A stretch of DNA of 64,000 nt from Nostoc sp. DedSLP01. GTDB taxonomy: Bacteria; Cyanobacteriota; Cyanobacteriia; Cyanobacteriales; Nostocaceae. The translations under genes and the position numbers were made by a program. Below, piece by piece: positions 48,049-58,265 of this stretch; positions within the stretch are counted from its first letter, which is position 1; each line of letters opens with the position of its first letter. The notes under the pieces were generated by a model that was given only the letters and a program-made list of their open reading frames with translations, ran no database searches and was not told the DNA's origin. Location: positions 130,930-194,929 of the forward strand of contig JAVRCJ020000017.1 of NCBI GenBank assembly GCA_034530875.2, given 5' to 3'.

Positions 48049-48738
48049 TCAGCTTTTGTGCAATTTTCTGATTTCTGCTTGCACATCGATCGCAATCTGC
48101 AAAGATTGATTTAAAAGTTGAGCGTATTCTCCTGCGCGATCGCTTACTTGTAAAGCTTGGAGACTGGCTAAATTATTGACAAATAACTCTTGGTTGTTAG
48201 CAAGCAAGCTTTTATTATCTCGCAAAATCCGTTCCGTTTTCAGAGCGCGGACTAAATCTTCTCGAATTAGTTGCAGCGCTGCGGTAACTCGATCTCGGTC
48301 GTGGATACTGCTTTGTATGTTTCCTGATGCTGCCAATTGGTCGTTGATATCTATGGCATTAATCAGGTCGTGATATTTATCAACTTCATCTAAAAGTGTT
48401 GTCAGTCCTTCAGGAAAGGTCAACTGTCGCCAGAGCATTCGCCCAACTAATATGGGGATGGGGACTAAAATTAGTAAGAGAATTCCGAATTTAATTGAAG
48501 ACCCAATTGTTGGCAGAATAATAAACGCATAAATAAAGCCAACGATAATTGGCGTTAGTGCCAGCGTTACTAGCATTTCATTGATTAAAAACCCCAATCG
48601 CTTCTTGCGATCTCGCATAACAGAGGGGCGAAAAACGTCTTCTGGGTCGAACCCAGTCAAGCGTCTGAGTTCCCCCTTGCTAATTTCCAAGCCTATTAAG
48701 TCCGGCTGCACGGCTGGATAACTCCTATGGAAGCCCAA
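48049..48738 (-). CDS. Hypothetical membrane protein
   Basis: Two hydrophobic helices followed by a coiled coil (REDLVRALKTERILR). Confidence 0.7.
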   Translation of the reverse strand: MGFHRSYPAVQPDLIGLEISKGELRRLTGFDPEDVFRPSVMRDRKKRLGFLINEMLVTLALTPIIVGFIYAFIILPTIGSSIKFGILLLILVPIPILVGRMLWRQLTFPEGLTTLLDEVDKYHDLINAIDINDQLAASGNIQSSIHDRDRVTAALQLIREDLVRALKTERILRDNKSLLANNQELFVNNLASLQALQVSDRAGEYAQLLNQSLQIAIDVQAEIRKLHKS

Positions 48739-48862
48739 GTTGCGTATTTATTTTAATCGCCTTTGGTAGTGAATGTTGGTATTTATCCTTGATTGCTCAG
48801 ATCCCCGACTTCTCAAAGAAATCGGGGATCTTGTTTCTGACTGTGATATTTGCTAAATAACA

Positions 48863-49327
48863 TTACTCAGGAAACCAGTTTTCATCTAAAATTTGTTCTA
48901 AAGAACCAATGGGTGTTAAGGGGAACATGTCAATGGTAAGTTGAGAGCGATCGCTTGCTTCTGTTCTTGCGTCTTGATAACATTCATCAAATATTTCTAA
49001 AATGTAAGGCTTAAGACTAGGACTATCTTTGAGTCGCTCTTTAATTTCTCTACGAAATGTTCTGATTTCCCCTTTCCAATGCCCTTCGTTTCGCTCCCGT
49101 TCTTTATCCCAGTATGTAAGCTTAAACAGATGTTCCAAAAGTCGAATTAACAAACTTTTTATCCCTCGCTTTTCGCTTCTACCCATACTTTCTAATTCTT
49201 CCAACAAATTATCTAAATCCACAGCAGAAAACTGTCCAGCGCGAAGTTGATTGATAGTCGTTCTCAGCCACAGGTAATAATCTTCGTCGTATAAAGTCTG
49301 AGTTGCTGATTGTACTTGTATCACCAT
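48863..49327 (-). CDS. DUF29 family protein
   Basis: LYDEDYYLW, DLDNLLEELESMGRSE, HLFKL, DSPSLK. Confidence 0.9.
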   Translation of the reverse strand: MVIQVQSATQTLYDEDYYLWLRTTINQLRAGQFSAVDLDNLLEELESMGRSEKRGIKSLLIRLLEHLFKLTYWDKERERNEGHWKGEIRTFRREIKERLKDSPSLKPYILEIFDECYQDARTEASDRSQLTIDMFPLTPIGSLEQILDENWFPE

Positions 49328-49562
49328 ACACTTATTAAACTCCTACTAGAGTTATGGCTGCTAATGCTATATGCTAATCATCCGTCATACCAAGGTTATG
49401 AATTTCAGTCACCGTGCAATAGCAGAAATATTCCTTAAGTCTAAACTAAAGCTTACTCAAAGAATGAGGTTTTAATTTACAAAATTATTGAGAATGTACG
49501 AGATATATCAATTAAGCTCTAAATTCTCATCCCGATAAATCGATTATTACTGAGGGGACAAA

Positions 49563-50036
49563 ATGGCTAAAAGTAAAGCAACAGATATTCTCTCATTAAT
49601 TGAAGCAGAGCATCGTCAAGTTGAGCAATTGTTTGCACAAGCTCAAAAAGCTAAGGGAAGCAAATTACAAGAAACGTTCAATCAACTTTATAAAGCATTG
49701 AACTTACATGCTAGAACAGAAGAATTAGTGTTCTATCCAGCTTTGCGAGAATACGAAGAAACTGAAGAATATATTGAAGAAGCTGAAGAAGAACACGAAG
49801 ATGTTTCATTACTGTTAGAAGAAATTAAGGCTCTGCAACCTAGCGACCCTGAATTCAAAGAAAAAATCAGCGAATTGAAGGAAGCAGTTGAGCATCATGT
49901 AGAAGAAGAAGAAAGCGAAATTTTTAATGCTGTCCGTGAGTCTATAGATGAGCAATATCTCGTTGAATTAGGCCAAGAATTTCAGAAAGCTAAAGCTCAA
50001 TTAGAACCAGAGATTGAAGCTGCGCTAACAAGATAA
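49563..50036 (+). CDS. Hemerythrin (HHE) domain protein
   Basis: EHRQV, HARTEE..FYP, EEH, HHVEEEE. Confidence 0.88.
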   Translation: MAKSKATDILSLIEAEHRQVEQLFAQAQKAKGSKLQETFNQLYKALNLHARTEELVFYPALREYEETEEYIEEAEEEHEDVSLLLEEIKALQPSDPEFKEKISELKEAVEHHVEEEESEIFNAVRESIDEQYLVELGQEFQKAKAQLEPEIEAALTR

Positions 50037-50356
50037 TGTCAGTTCAGAAGTTAAATCAGTTTTTGGTAATTCAAAGCTTCTATTAATAAACACCACTAAA
50101 TCTAAATTTTAGTGGTGTCTCAGAGGTTGTTTGAAAAGTCATAACTGATGTATCAAACATTTTTTACCCCTCCCTAACCCTCCCCTTATAAAGGGGAGGG
50201 AACCGGATTTTCTTGTTTCCCCCCTTTATAAGGCATAGCTTTATAAGGGGGGTAATAAAAAGTTAATTGGATGTTTGTTTCTAAACAGCTAACCCCAAAT
50301 TTGCTGTAATTAGTACATTAAAATTCGCAGGCTATTCTTTAGCGACAGGTATCAAA

Positions 50357-51472
50357 ATGACAACTACAAATGGTAAACAGAAAATTCGTTATGCTGTTGT
50401 TGGTTTAGGTTGGTTTGCCCAAGATGCTGCCTTACCTTCCTTTGCTCATACAGAAAATTCAGAATTAGTTGCACTGGTTTCTGATGACCCCACTAAAAGA
50501 GAAGAACTGGGCAAAAAATACGGTATAAACCGTACTTATTCATGCGATGAATATGAAGAGTGTCTGACAAGCGGTGAGGTTGATGCAGTTTATATTGCGT
50601 TGCCCAATCATTTACACAGAGAATATACTGTACGGGCTGCTAATCAAGGAATTCATGTGTTGTGTGAAAAGCCTATGGCTGTTACAGAACAAGAATGCGA
50701 GGAAATGATTAAAGCTGCCAATGATAACGGCGTAAAACTGATGATTGCTTACCGCTTACATTTAGAAGAAGCAAATTTACAAGCGGTGGAAATTGTCCGT
50801 TCTCAGCAAATTGGCGAACCACGTATTTTCAACTCTGTTTTTACTCAACAAGTGGAAGAGGGCAATATTCGTGTACGGAATATAACGGGTGGGGGGACGC
50901 TGTATGACATCGGCATTTACTGCATTAATGCCGCACGTTATCTATTTCAAGATGAACCAATTGAAGTATTTGCTGTAGCTGCTAATAAGGGAGAACAACG
51001 TTTCAGTGAAGTCGAAGAAATGACTAGCGTTATCTTACGTTTCCCCAATGAGCGATTGGCGACATTTACTTGTAGCTTTGGAGCAGCAAGCGTTTCAACT
51101 TATCAAATTGTCGGGACTAAAGGTGATTTGCGAGTGCAACCTGCTTATCCTTGGCAAGGAGAAATCAAGCATTACTTAACAATCAATGGTGAAACTCAAG
51201 AACGTACTTTTGAAGATCGCGATCAATTAGCAGCTGAATTTACTTACTTTTCTGATTGTATTCTTGAAAATAAAGACCCAGAACCATCTGGCATTGAAGG
51301 ATTAATTGATGTAAGTATCATTCAAGCGTTTTACGAATCAATTAAGGTTGGTAAACCCGTACAGATACAAACTCCCGATCGCCATCGACGCCCAACATTA
51401 GCTCAAAGTATTGAACATCCTCCTGCTGAGGGTAGTCCAGACTTAATTCACGCTGCAACACCTTCGGGTTAG
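50357..51472 (+). CDS. Gfo/Idh/MocA family oxidoreductase
   Basis: VGLGWFA, PNHLH, CEKPMA, GGGTLYDIGIY. Confidence 0.9.
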   Translation: MTTTNGKQKIRYAVVGLGWFAQDAALPSFAHTENSELVALVSDDPTKREELGKKYGINRTYSCDEYEECLTSGEVDAVYIALPNHLHREYTVRAANQGIHVLCEKPMAVTEQECEEMIKAANDNGVKLMIAYRLHLEEANLQAVEIVRSQQIGEPRIFNSVFTQQVEEGNIRVRNITGGGTLYDIGIYCINAARYLFQDEPIEVFAVAANKGEQRFSEVEEMTSVILRFPNERLATFTCSFGAASVSTYQIVGTKGDLRVQPAYPWQGEIKHYLTINGETQERTFEDRDQLAAEFTYFSDCILENKDPEPSGIEGLIDVSIIQAFYESIKVGKPVQIQTPDRHRRPTLAQSIEHPPAEGSPDLIHAATPSG

Positions 51473-51634
51473 TAGGCTTGTTACAGAAGTGGGGAAAAGG
51501 GTAAGGGGCAAAGAAGAAAGCAAACATTCCTCATTAACGCACACATCAAAGCGATCGCCTTTTGCTATTTTAAAAATGAAGGGCGATCGCTGTTAATTTT
51601 AAGACGTTTATTTTGGATGGTAGTTGGAGGGTTA

Positions 51635-51806
51635 GGTTGCTGAAGCAATAACTGCTTCTGTCTTCCCTGTAAGAGCTTCCGCCTTCGCGTTTCAGTATTA
51701 CGCGCAGGCTGTAGCAAATTCCAACTGCTCAGTAAGATTTGGAAAAACGGGAAAGGCTCAAAAGGATCGAGCTTAATGCTTTACTTTACCCCGCCAACTT
51801 CTCTTG
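51635..51806 (-). ncRNA. ssrS: 6S RNA (SsrS/SsaA), probable
   Basis: Minus strand AGAAGTTGGCGG...TCTTACTG...CTGAAACGCGAAGGCGGAAGCTCTT...GGGAAG...TGCTTCAGCAAC resembles cyanobacterial 6S RNA as I remember it. The ends pair (GAAGTTGGC / ATTGCTTC) and there is no ORF. Boundaries approximate. Confidence 0.7.
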
Positions 51807-52020
51807 GCGAACTACTAAGTAAGCAGACATAATTGAATGTAAAATCCAAACCAGTAAAACCTTTTACTGTTGAGGGTTTTACCTCCTGCCCCCTGACTTG
51901 AAAAAGGGTGTAGGGTGTGGGGTGTGGGGTGTAGGGGATATTCCTTTTTCATGCATGGCGGTGAAACTTGTTTCATCGGGACTGCCCCCTGCCTTCTGCC
52001 TTCTGCCTCCTGCCTTTTAC

Positions 52021-52452
52021 TTAGTCTAGACTCCAGTTATTAAAGACTTCTAAAATTTGTCGGCAAATCTGTTTGAGTTTATTCCCAATTTCACCAGAAG
52101 GCAAAGATGCGCCGACAAAACTCCAATTTTCTACTGTAGAGAGTCGCCACGCCTCACCACGATGATCGAATCCTGCTACCTCCACACCGATCGCTCGGCG
52201 TAAATTATTGACGGGATCTTGATAAAATCGGATTTGGATTAAGACACTGCGACTTCGCCAAGATTTGCTAATACCAGGAAAGTGAAAGCCAATATCTATA
52301 GAATCGGGATCGACTAACTCCCTGGTTTCTGGATCGTTTTTCCAGGGTTTGAGATCGGACTTGGCATCAGGGAACTCGAATTTGAACAAGTTAACCACTG
52401 TAGCAATCTTGCTGGCGAATTCCAAGTTAGTTGCCTGTTCAGATGCGTTCAC
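52021..52452 (-). CDS. Conserved cyanobacterial hypothetical protein
   Basis: 143 aa with DLKPW..DP.T...DPDSIDIGFHFPG; GGAG RBS before GTG. Confidence 0.75.
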   Translation of the reverse strand: MNASEQATNLEFASKIATVVNLFKFEFPDAKSDLKPWKNDPETRELVDPDSIDIGFHFPGISKSWRSRSVLIQIRFYQDPVNNLRRAIGVEVAGFDHRGEAWRLSTVENWSFVGASLPSGEIGNKLKQICRQILEVFNNWSLD

Positions 52453-52846
52453 TAAAAAACACTCCTATATTGCGTCGGCGTCTGGGGAAAGGTGAAGACA
52501 AAAAAACCGCCAGAAGGCTTATACTATTGGTGTTTCAGCTTATCAAGACCTTTGAAATTTAGCAACTTTGACATCAGGCTTTCTTAACAATAAGTAGAAG
52601 GCAGGAGGCAGAAGCCAGGGGGGCAGGAGAGCAGGGGAGCAGGGGGGCAGAAGGAAAAGGGCTTATCCTAGCGGCACTTATTAAGTAATTGTACTTAAAA
52701 AATCTCAAAAGCAGAAGAAACTCTGCCCTTGGGAGAATATATTTGAGATTTTCTGCAAAATCCTTGGCTGACAAGAATTATAAAGTGCCCTAGCGATCTA
52801 AAATTACACTGTTAATCGGCAATCAAAAAGTAAATTAGTTCGGTGT

Positions 52847-53302
52847 ATGGTGCGTCAACGCTCGATTTTTTCACTGATTTTGGTATTATTGGCCACATTT
52901 CTTATTAGTTGTGGCGGGCCTGGTGTCGCCGTGGCACCTCCAACGTATACAGCAGAGCAAATTGCGAAAATTCAGGAATACGTTCCAGAAATTAAAGCTG
53001 TACGCGCTCGTTCTGAAGAAGTGCAGAAACTAATCCAAAGAAAAGATTGGATAAACGTCAGCAACTTTATACATGGCCCGGTAACAGAAGCAAGGTTGAA
53101 CTTGACTTATGTCACTCCCCACCTTCTACCCAAAGACCAACCTAAAGCACGTCAAATAACGAGAGATTTGTTTAACCACCTGGTTAAAGTTAATCAAGGT
53201 GCTTCCTCTAGTAACGGTGAGCTTGCTGCAAGTAACTCCCGCGCTGCTTTTGAAGACATTGACAAATTCCTCCAGTTGCTTCCTGAGGCAGGAGAGAGTT
53301 AG
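52847..53302 (+). CDS. psbQ: Photosystem II extrinsic lipoprotein CyanoQ
   Basis: Lipobox LISC, PPTYT, NFIHGP, LLPKDQ. Confidence 0.9.
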   Translation: MVRQRSIFSLILVLLATFLISCGGPGVAVAPPTYTAEQIAKIQEYVPEIKAVRARSEEVQKLIQRKDWINVSNFIHGPVTEARLNLTYVTPHLLPKDQPKARQITRDLFNHLVKVNQGASSSNGELAASNSRAAFEDIDKFLQLLPEAGES

Positions 53303-53390
53303 GAGTTAAGAGTTAGGAGTTAAGAGTTAAAAGTTTTCAATTTTTAATTTCTAACTTCTAACTTCTCACTTCTAACTTCAAACAAAAGTT

Positions 53391-54500
53391 ATGAATGTAG
53401 TCATTATCGGTTGTGGTGTGGTTGGGGCTGCGATCGCTTACGAACTCAATCAAGTCAAAGGGCTAAAAATTACAGTTTTTGACCGACAACCACCAGCGCA
53501 AGCTTCTACGGGTGCTGCACTTGGTGTTTTAATGGGCGCAATCAGCCAGAAAATCAAGGGCAAGGCTTGGCAAATGCGCCAAACTAGCATCCAACGCTAT
53601 GAAACTTTGATTCCAGAATTAGAAGCTTTAACAAATCGCACAATCCCTTTTAATCGCCAAGGTATTCTCATGCTGTTGTCAGATCCCACTGAGGAAATTT
53701 CTGCATGGGAAAAGTTAGCAGAAACTCGCCACTCTCAAGGCTGGCAGTTAGAAATTTGGGATACTGCTAAACTCAAAAATATCTGCCCTCAGATAGATTG
53801 CGAAAAAATTACTGGCGCTGTTTATTCTCCTCAAGACCGTCAACTCGATCCAACTGCCTTGACATTAGCTTTAGTTGAGGCTGCTCAACATAATGGTGTG
53901 ACTTTCAAATTTGGCGTGGCTGTTTTGGATAGTCACATCTCAACATCTGATGCAACCAAAATTTGCCATCGCCTTGAGACTACAGAAGGAGAAATAGCAG
54001 CTGATTGGTTTGTAGTCGCAGCAGGCTTAGGTTCAACACCGCTGACAGCAAAATTAAACCAGCCGATTGATATCCGCCCCGTTTTAGGGCAAGCCTTGCA
54101 AGTACGTGTGGGGCATCCATTAGGCAATCCCGACTTTCAACCAGCGATTACAGGTAACGATGTCCATATTGTTCCTGTGGGTGGTGGAGATTATTGGCTG
54201 GGTGCAACAGTGGAATTTCCCACCAATGGCGATGAAATACCGCCCAATCAACAACTGTTGGAATCTGTGAGAGAACAAGCGATCGCATTTTGCCCAGAAC
54301 TAGCCACAGCAAGCATTCTCCGCACTTGGTCGGGTTTACGCCCCCGTCCTGAAGGACGCCCCGCCCCTGTCATTGGTAAGTTACCAGGCTTTAGTAACGT
54401 CCTGCTGGCTACCGGACACTATCGCAACGGCGTTTTACTAGCACCCGCCACAGCTTATGCAATTCGTGAGATGATTATTCCTCAGGGAGTGGGGAGTTAG
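53391..54500 (+). CDS. FAD-dependent oxidoreductase (DAO / glycine oxidase family)
   Basis: IGCGVVG, STGAALG, GLRPRP, TGHYRNGVLLAP. Confidence 0.88.
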   Translation: MNVVIIGCGVVGAAIAYELNQVKGLKITVFDRQPPAQASTGAALGVLMGAISQKIKGKAWQMRQTSIQRYETLIPELEALTNRTIPFNRQGILMLLSDPTEEISAWEKLAETRHSQGWQLEIWDTAKLKNICPQIDCEKITGAVYSPQDRQLDPTALTLALVEAAQHNGVTFKFGVAVLDSHISTSDATKICHRLETTEGEIAADWFVVAAGLGSTPLTAKLNQPIDIRPVLGQALQVRVGHPLGNPDFQPAITGNDVHIVPVGGGDYWLGATVEFPTNGDEIPPNQQLLESVREQAIAFCPELATASILRTWSGLRPRPEGRPAPVIGKLPGFSNVLLATGHYRNGVLLAPATAYAIREMIIPQGVGS

Positions 54501-54629
54501 GGGTGGGGAGTTAGGAGTGAGCAGTGAGGAGTTAAAAGTTATTCTACCCCAGCCTCTTTTATAAAAAACACATTTTCATCTTTGCGCCTCTGCGTGAGGC
54601 TTTTAAATTCCAAACCATAGGAAAATAGC

Positions 54630-55481
54630 GTGTCAATAACAGAACATAAAATAACTGTAAATTCACTGGAATGGTTTTATCGGGAATCTACACCAATTGG
54701 TAGAAGTGACTTAGTGCCCGTAGTGTTGCTACACGGCTTAGTTTCACAAAGTTATAGCTGGCGTAATATTATACCTGCTTTAGCAAACCAGGGTACAAGA
54801 GCGATCGCCCCAGATTGGATTGGTTACGGCTTTTCTGCAAAACCAGAAAAACGAGATTTTGCTTACACTCCTGATGCTTTTATCACAGCTTTAGAAGAAT
54901 TTATAAAAGCACTAGAACTCGAACATTTTTCTTTAGTTGTACAAGGCTTTTTAGGTTCTGTAGGACTGCAATATGCTTTACGCCACCCAGAACAAATTGC
55001 CAATTTAGCTATCTTAAATACACCAATTTCAACTAGTGCCAAATTACCTTGGAAAATTAAACAAATGGGTTTACCTTTGGCTGGTGAAGTTATGACCCAA
55101 GACCCACTTTTAGTTGACCGGACACTAGAAGGTGGTGCCCGTTATCGCATTGAAGACCGCGATTTAGATGTTTATCGAAAACCATTTTTAACAGCTTCTG
55201 CATCTGGTCGAAGCCTGTTAGCAAGTATCCGCAATTTACAACTTGACTCAGCAATGACAGAAATCGAATCTGGGTTTAAACAATGGCAACAGCCAATTCT
55301 TATTCAATGGGGTATGATTGACCCTTGGTTATCTGTAGACATGGCAGAAAATTTTGCCAATTCAATATCCAGCGCGGAATTAATAAAACTTAATAACGTC
55401 GGGCATTACCCTCAAGAACATTATCATGAGACTATTTTAGAAGACCTTTTACCGTTTCTGCGTCGTAAAGATACTCATTGA
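54630..55481 (+). CDS. Alpha/beta-fold hydrolase
   Basis: LLHG, APDWIGYGFS, GHYPQE. Confidence 0.88.
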   Translation: MSITEHKITVNSLEWFYRESTPIGRSDLVPVVLLHGLVSQSYSWRNIIPALANQGTRAIAPDWIGYGFSAKPEKRDFAYTPDAFITALEEFIKALELEHFSLVVQGFLGSVGLQYALRHPEQIANLAILNTPISTSAKLPWKIKQMGLPLAGEVMTQDPLLVDRTLEGGARYRIEDRDLDVYRKPFLTASASGRSLLASIRNLQLDSAMTEIESGFKQWQQPILIQWGMIDPWLSVDMAENFANSISSAELIKLNNVGHYPQEHYHETILEDLLPFLRRKDTH

Positions 55482-55755
55482 CAATGTAGTTCTGGCAAAA
55501 ATCGATAATATAAAAAGGAGTCAGAATTGAGAATTCAGAACTCAGAATTTAGGAATTAGAATTCAGCATCAATTCGTGGAGGATTTAAAGTGGCCATTAA
55601 TTGTAGTCCATGAAATATAAAACTGAGTGGCAAAATTCAAATATTCTTTTTTGTTAAAACTCGATCCTTTCACTGGTGGAGTATTCTGAATTCTGAATTC
55701 TGAATTCTGACCGCTAAAAATGCCTCACAAGCACAAGTAAAGGGGATTAGAATTC

Positions 55756-56340
55756 ATGGCTTATTCATGGTTTAAAGCATTTCATATTATCGGATTTGTA
55801 GTTTGGTTTGCGGGTTTATTCTACCTAGTACGTCTTTTCATTTATCACGTTGAAGCTAACGAAGAACCCGAACCAGCGCGAACCATACTGAAAAATCAGT
55901 ATCAAATTATGGAAAAGCGCCTCTACCATATCATCACAAATCCGGGGATGTTTGTGACGATCGCAATGGCGATCGGTTTAATCAGCACCGAACCCGAAGT
56001 GTTAAAAGAGGGTTGGTTGCATATAAAACTGTTATTTGTGGCGCTTTTAATTGGCTATCATCATTATTGCGCTCGTCTGATGAAGAAACTAGCAGCAGAC
56101 CAATGTGGTTGGAGTGGTCAGCAGTTACGTGCGTTAAATGAAGCACCGACAGTGATGTTGGTAGCGATCGTTCTATTGGCTATATTTAAAAATAATCTCC
56201 CAACAGATATCACCGCCTGGGGTATTTTTGGCATGATTATTTTGATGGCAGTGACTATTCAACTTTATGCCAAAAAACGTCGGCAAGATAAAGAGAAGTT
56301 GACGGCACAGATAGCGCAAATTCCCCAAGAACAAAGTTAG
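55756..56340 (+). CDS. hemJ: Protoporphyrinogen oxidase HemJ
   Basis: WFKAFHII, WFAGLFYLVRLFIYH, MEKRLY, WLHIK, RALNEAP. Confidence 0.93.
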   Translation: MAYSWFKAFHIIGFVVWFAGLFYLVRLFIYHVEANEEPEPARTILKNQYQIMEKRLYHIITNPGMFVTIAMAIGLISTEPEVLKEGWLHIKLLFVALLIGYHHYCARLMKKLAADQCGWSGQQLRALNEAPTVMLVAIVLLAIFKNNLPTDITAWGIFGMIILMAVTIQLYAKKRRQDKEKLTAQIAQIPQEQS

Positions 56341-56557
56341 AAAAATTCTCTCGGATATCTCAAAGTATTTTAAATTTGGGATTTTAGATCGAAAATTAAA
56401 TTCCCAAATTTAAAATATACAAACAATGGTTAGGAAGCTACCAAAGCAAAACTATTTTTAATCAACAAATATAGCTTACTCAACAACTTTATATTGTTAA
56501 CAATTTCTCAGACTTATTGGCAGCCGCATCTTCTCTTCTATCTTTTATCCACTTGTA

Positions 56558-58186
56558 ATGAGGATGTTGAATATGAATTGGGAGAAGGCTAAGAATTTTT
56601 TTATTTCTATAGTATATGAAAACAGAAGCTACAATTTTGTATTTGTATTAGTATTTATAGCCGTTTTAATTGCTCATCTCTATCAATTAGATACCATACC
56701 AACTGGTTTTTTTCTTGACGAATCTGCTATTGGTTACAATGCTGCTCTAATTGCTCAAACCGGACATGATGAACACGGCATCTACTTACCCACATACTTT
56801 AGAAGCTTTAATGATTATAAAGCTCCTATTTATATATATGCTGCTGCTTTAATATTAAAGTTTTTTGGAGTATCAGAATTCAACCTCAGATTTACGAGCT
56901 TTTGTTTTTACATTCTGTCTTTAATTTTGACGCTGATTCTGATTGATAAAATATTTCAAGGAAGCAAAATAGTTTCCCTCTATGGCCTTTTATCTTTTGG
57001 ATTTATACCACACTTTTTCACAGTATCTAGGATTGGTTTTGAAGTAATTTCTCAATTGGCTGCTACTTCTGCAACTGCACTTTTCGTATGGATGATATTT
57101 CACGAAAGCAAAGAAGTCAAGTTGAATTACTTTAAGGTGTTGCTTTGCGGTTTAGCTTTGGGTATTTCTGTATATACATATCCTACTGCTCGTATCTTGT
57201 CATTCTTGATGCTGATTTCATTATGGATTATCTACTACGAGCGAAATAACATCAAGAAGCTAATAGGTATCGCATCAACATTCCTTTTTTGTTTGATTCC
57301 ATATATCTTATTTTCAGTTAATGACCCGGGTGGCTTAACAGCAAGATTTAGTAAAATTTCTTATATTTATGAATCTATACCTATATTTAATAAATTACTC
57401 ATATTTATTTACAATTATATTAAGTATTGGTCGCCAGACTTCTTGCTCAGAAATGGAGATACAAATTTACGACATGCAACTGGCTATGGAGGGGTTGTTT
57501 TTAGTATAACTTGGTTTCTATTTCTGCTAGGTTTAATAAATATTTTGACTAGAAAAAAGCTCATTCTTAATAAATTTAATATCTTCCTTTTAATTAACTT
57601 ATTTTTTTCACCTGTCGGTGCTGCATTAACTTCAGGAATTTCTCCTCACGCATTGAGAAGTTTATTGATGAGCTATTACATCTTATTAATATCTTGCTAT
57701 GGTTTAGAATTTATTCACACAATAAAAGATTATTATCGAAAGCAAGGTATAATTACCTGCATACTCATATTTTTGATATTTGAAATAATTGGCTATCAGT
57801 TTAATTACTTCATATTCTACCCACCTCAAAGCGCGAAAGCTATGGACAGCTTTAATTTTAAAGAGTCTCTCCAAGCTGCTGTAGAGAAAAATCCTAAAGA
57901 AGTTATCTTCATGAATCAAGCTTCGGCACTAAACTATATACATTTGAAGTTTTATTCATACCTGGTTAAAAACCCCAACCAAATCCCATTTAAACAGATT
58001 GAACACCCTATCCCTAGCTTAGGTAGCTGTCTAATATATCATCGGAAAAATGAGGCAGAAATAGCTGAATTTCCCAACTTTACTGAATATGAAATCGGTA
58101 AGCCTCTAAACCCTATTCAAAAAATTCTGAAAGCAAAAAAGTACCCAGCACTAATCAAAGTCAGGTGTTACGATCGCAAGGGATAA
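56558..58186 (+). CDS. GT-C fold glycosyltransferase (ArnT/PMT-like)
   Basis: Multi-TM protein with an N-terminal DE motif (FLDESAIGYNA...GHDEHG); very AT-rich. Confidence 0.8.
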   Translation: MRMLNMNWEKAKNFFISIVYENRSYNFVFVLVFIAVLIAHLYQLDTIPTGFFLDESAIGYNAALIAQTGHDEHGIYLPTYFRSFNDYKAPIYIYAAALILKFFGVSEFNLRFTSFCFYILSLILTLILIDKIFQGSKIVSLYGLLSFGFIPHFFTVSRIGFEVISQLAATSATALFVWMIFHESKEVKLNYFKVLLCGLALGISVYTYPTARILSFLMLISLWIIYYERNNIKKLIGIASTFLFCLIPYILFSVNDPGGLTARFSKISYIYESIPIFNKLLIFIYNYIKYWSPDFLLRNGDTNLRHATGYGGVVFSITWFLFLLGLINILTRKKLILNKFNIFLLINLFFSPVGAALTSGISPHALRSLLMSYYILLISCYGLEFIHTIKDYYRKQGIITCILIFLIFEIIGYQFNYFIFYPPQSAKAMDSFNFKESLQAAVEKNPKEVIFMNQASALNYIHLKFYSYLVKNPNQIPFKQIEHPIPSLGSCLIYHRKNEAEIAEFPNFTEYEIGKPLNPIQKILKAKKYPALIKVRCYDRKG

Positions 58187-58265
58187 AAAGCCATTTGTTT
58201 AAGTTCTATACTGCCCCTCCCTGAATCGAAGAGGGACAGACTTGAACTTTACCTTCTGCCTTCTG

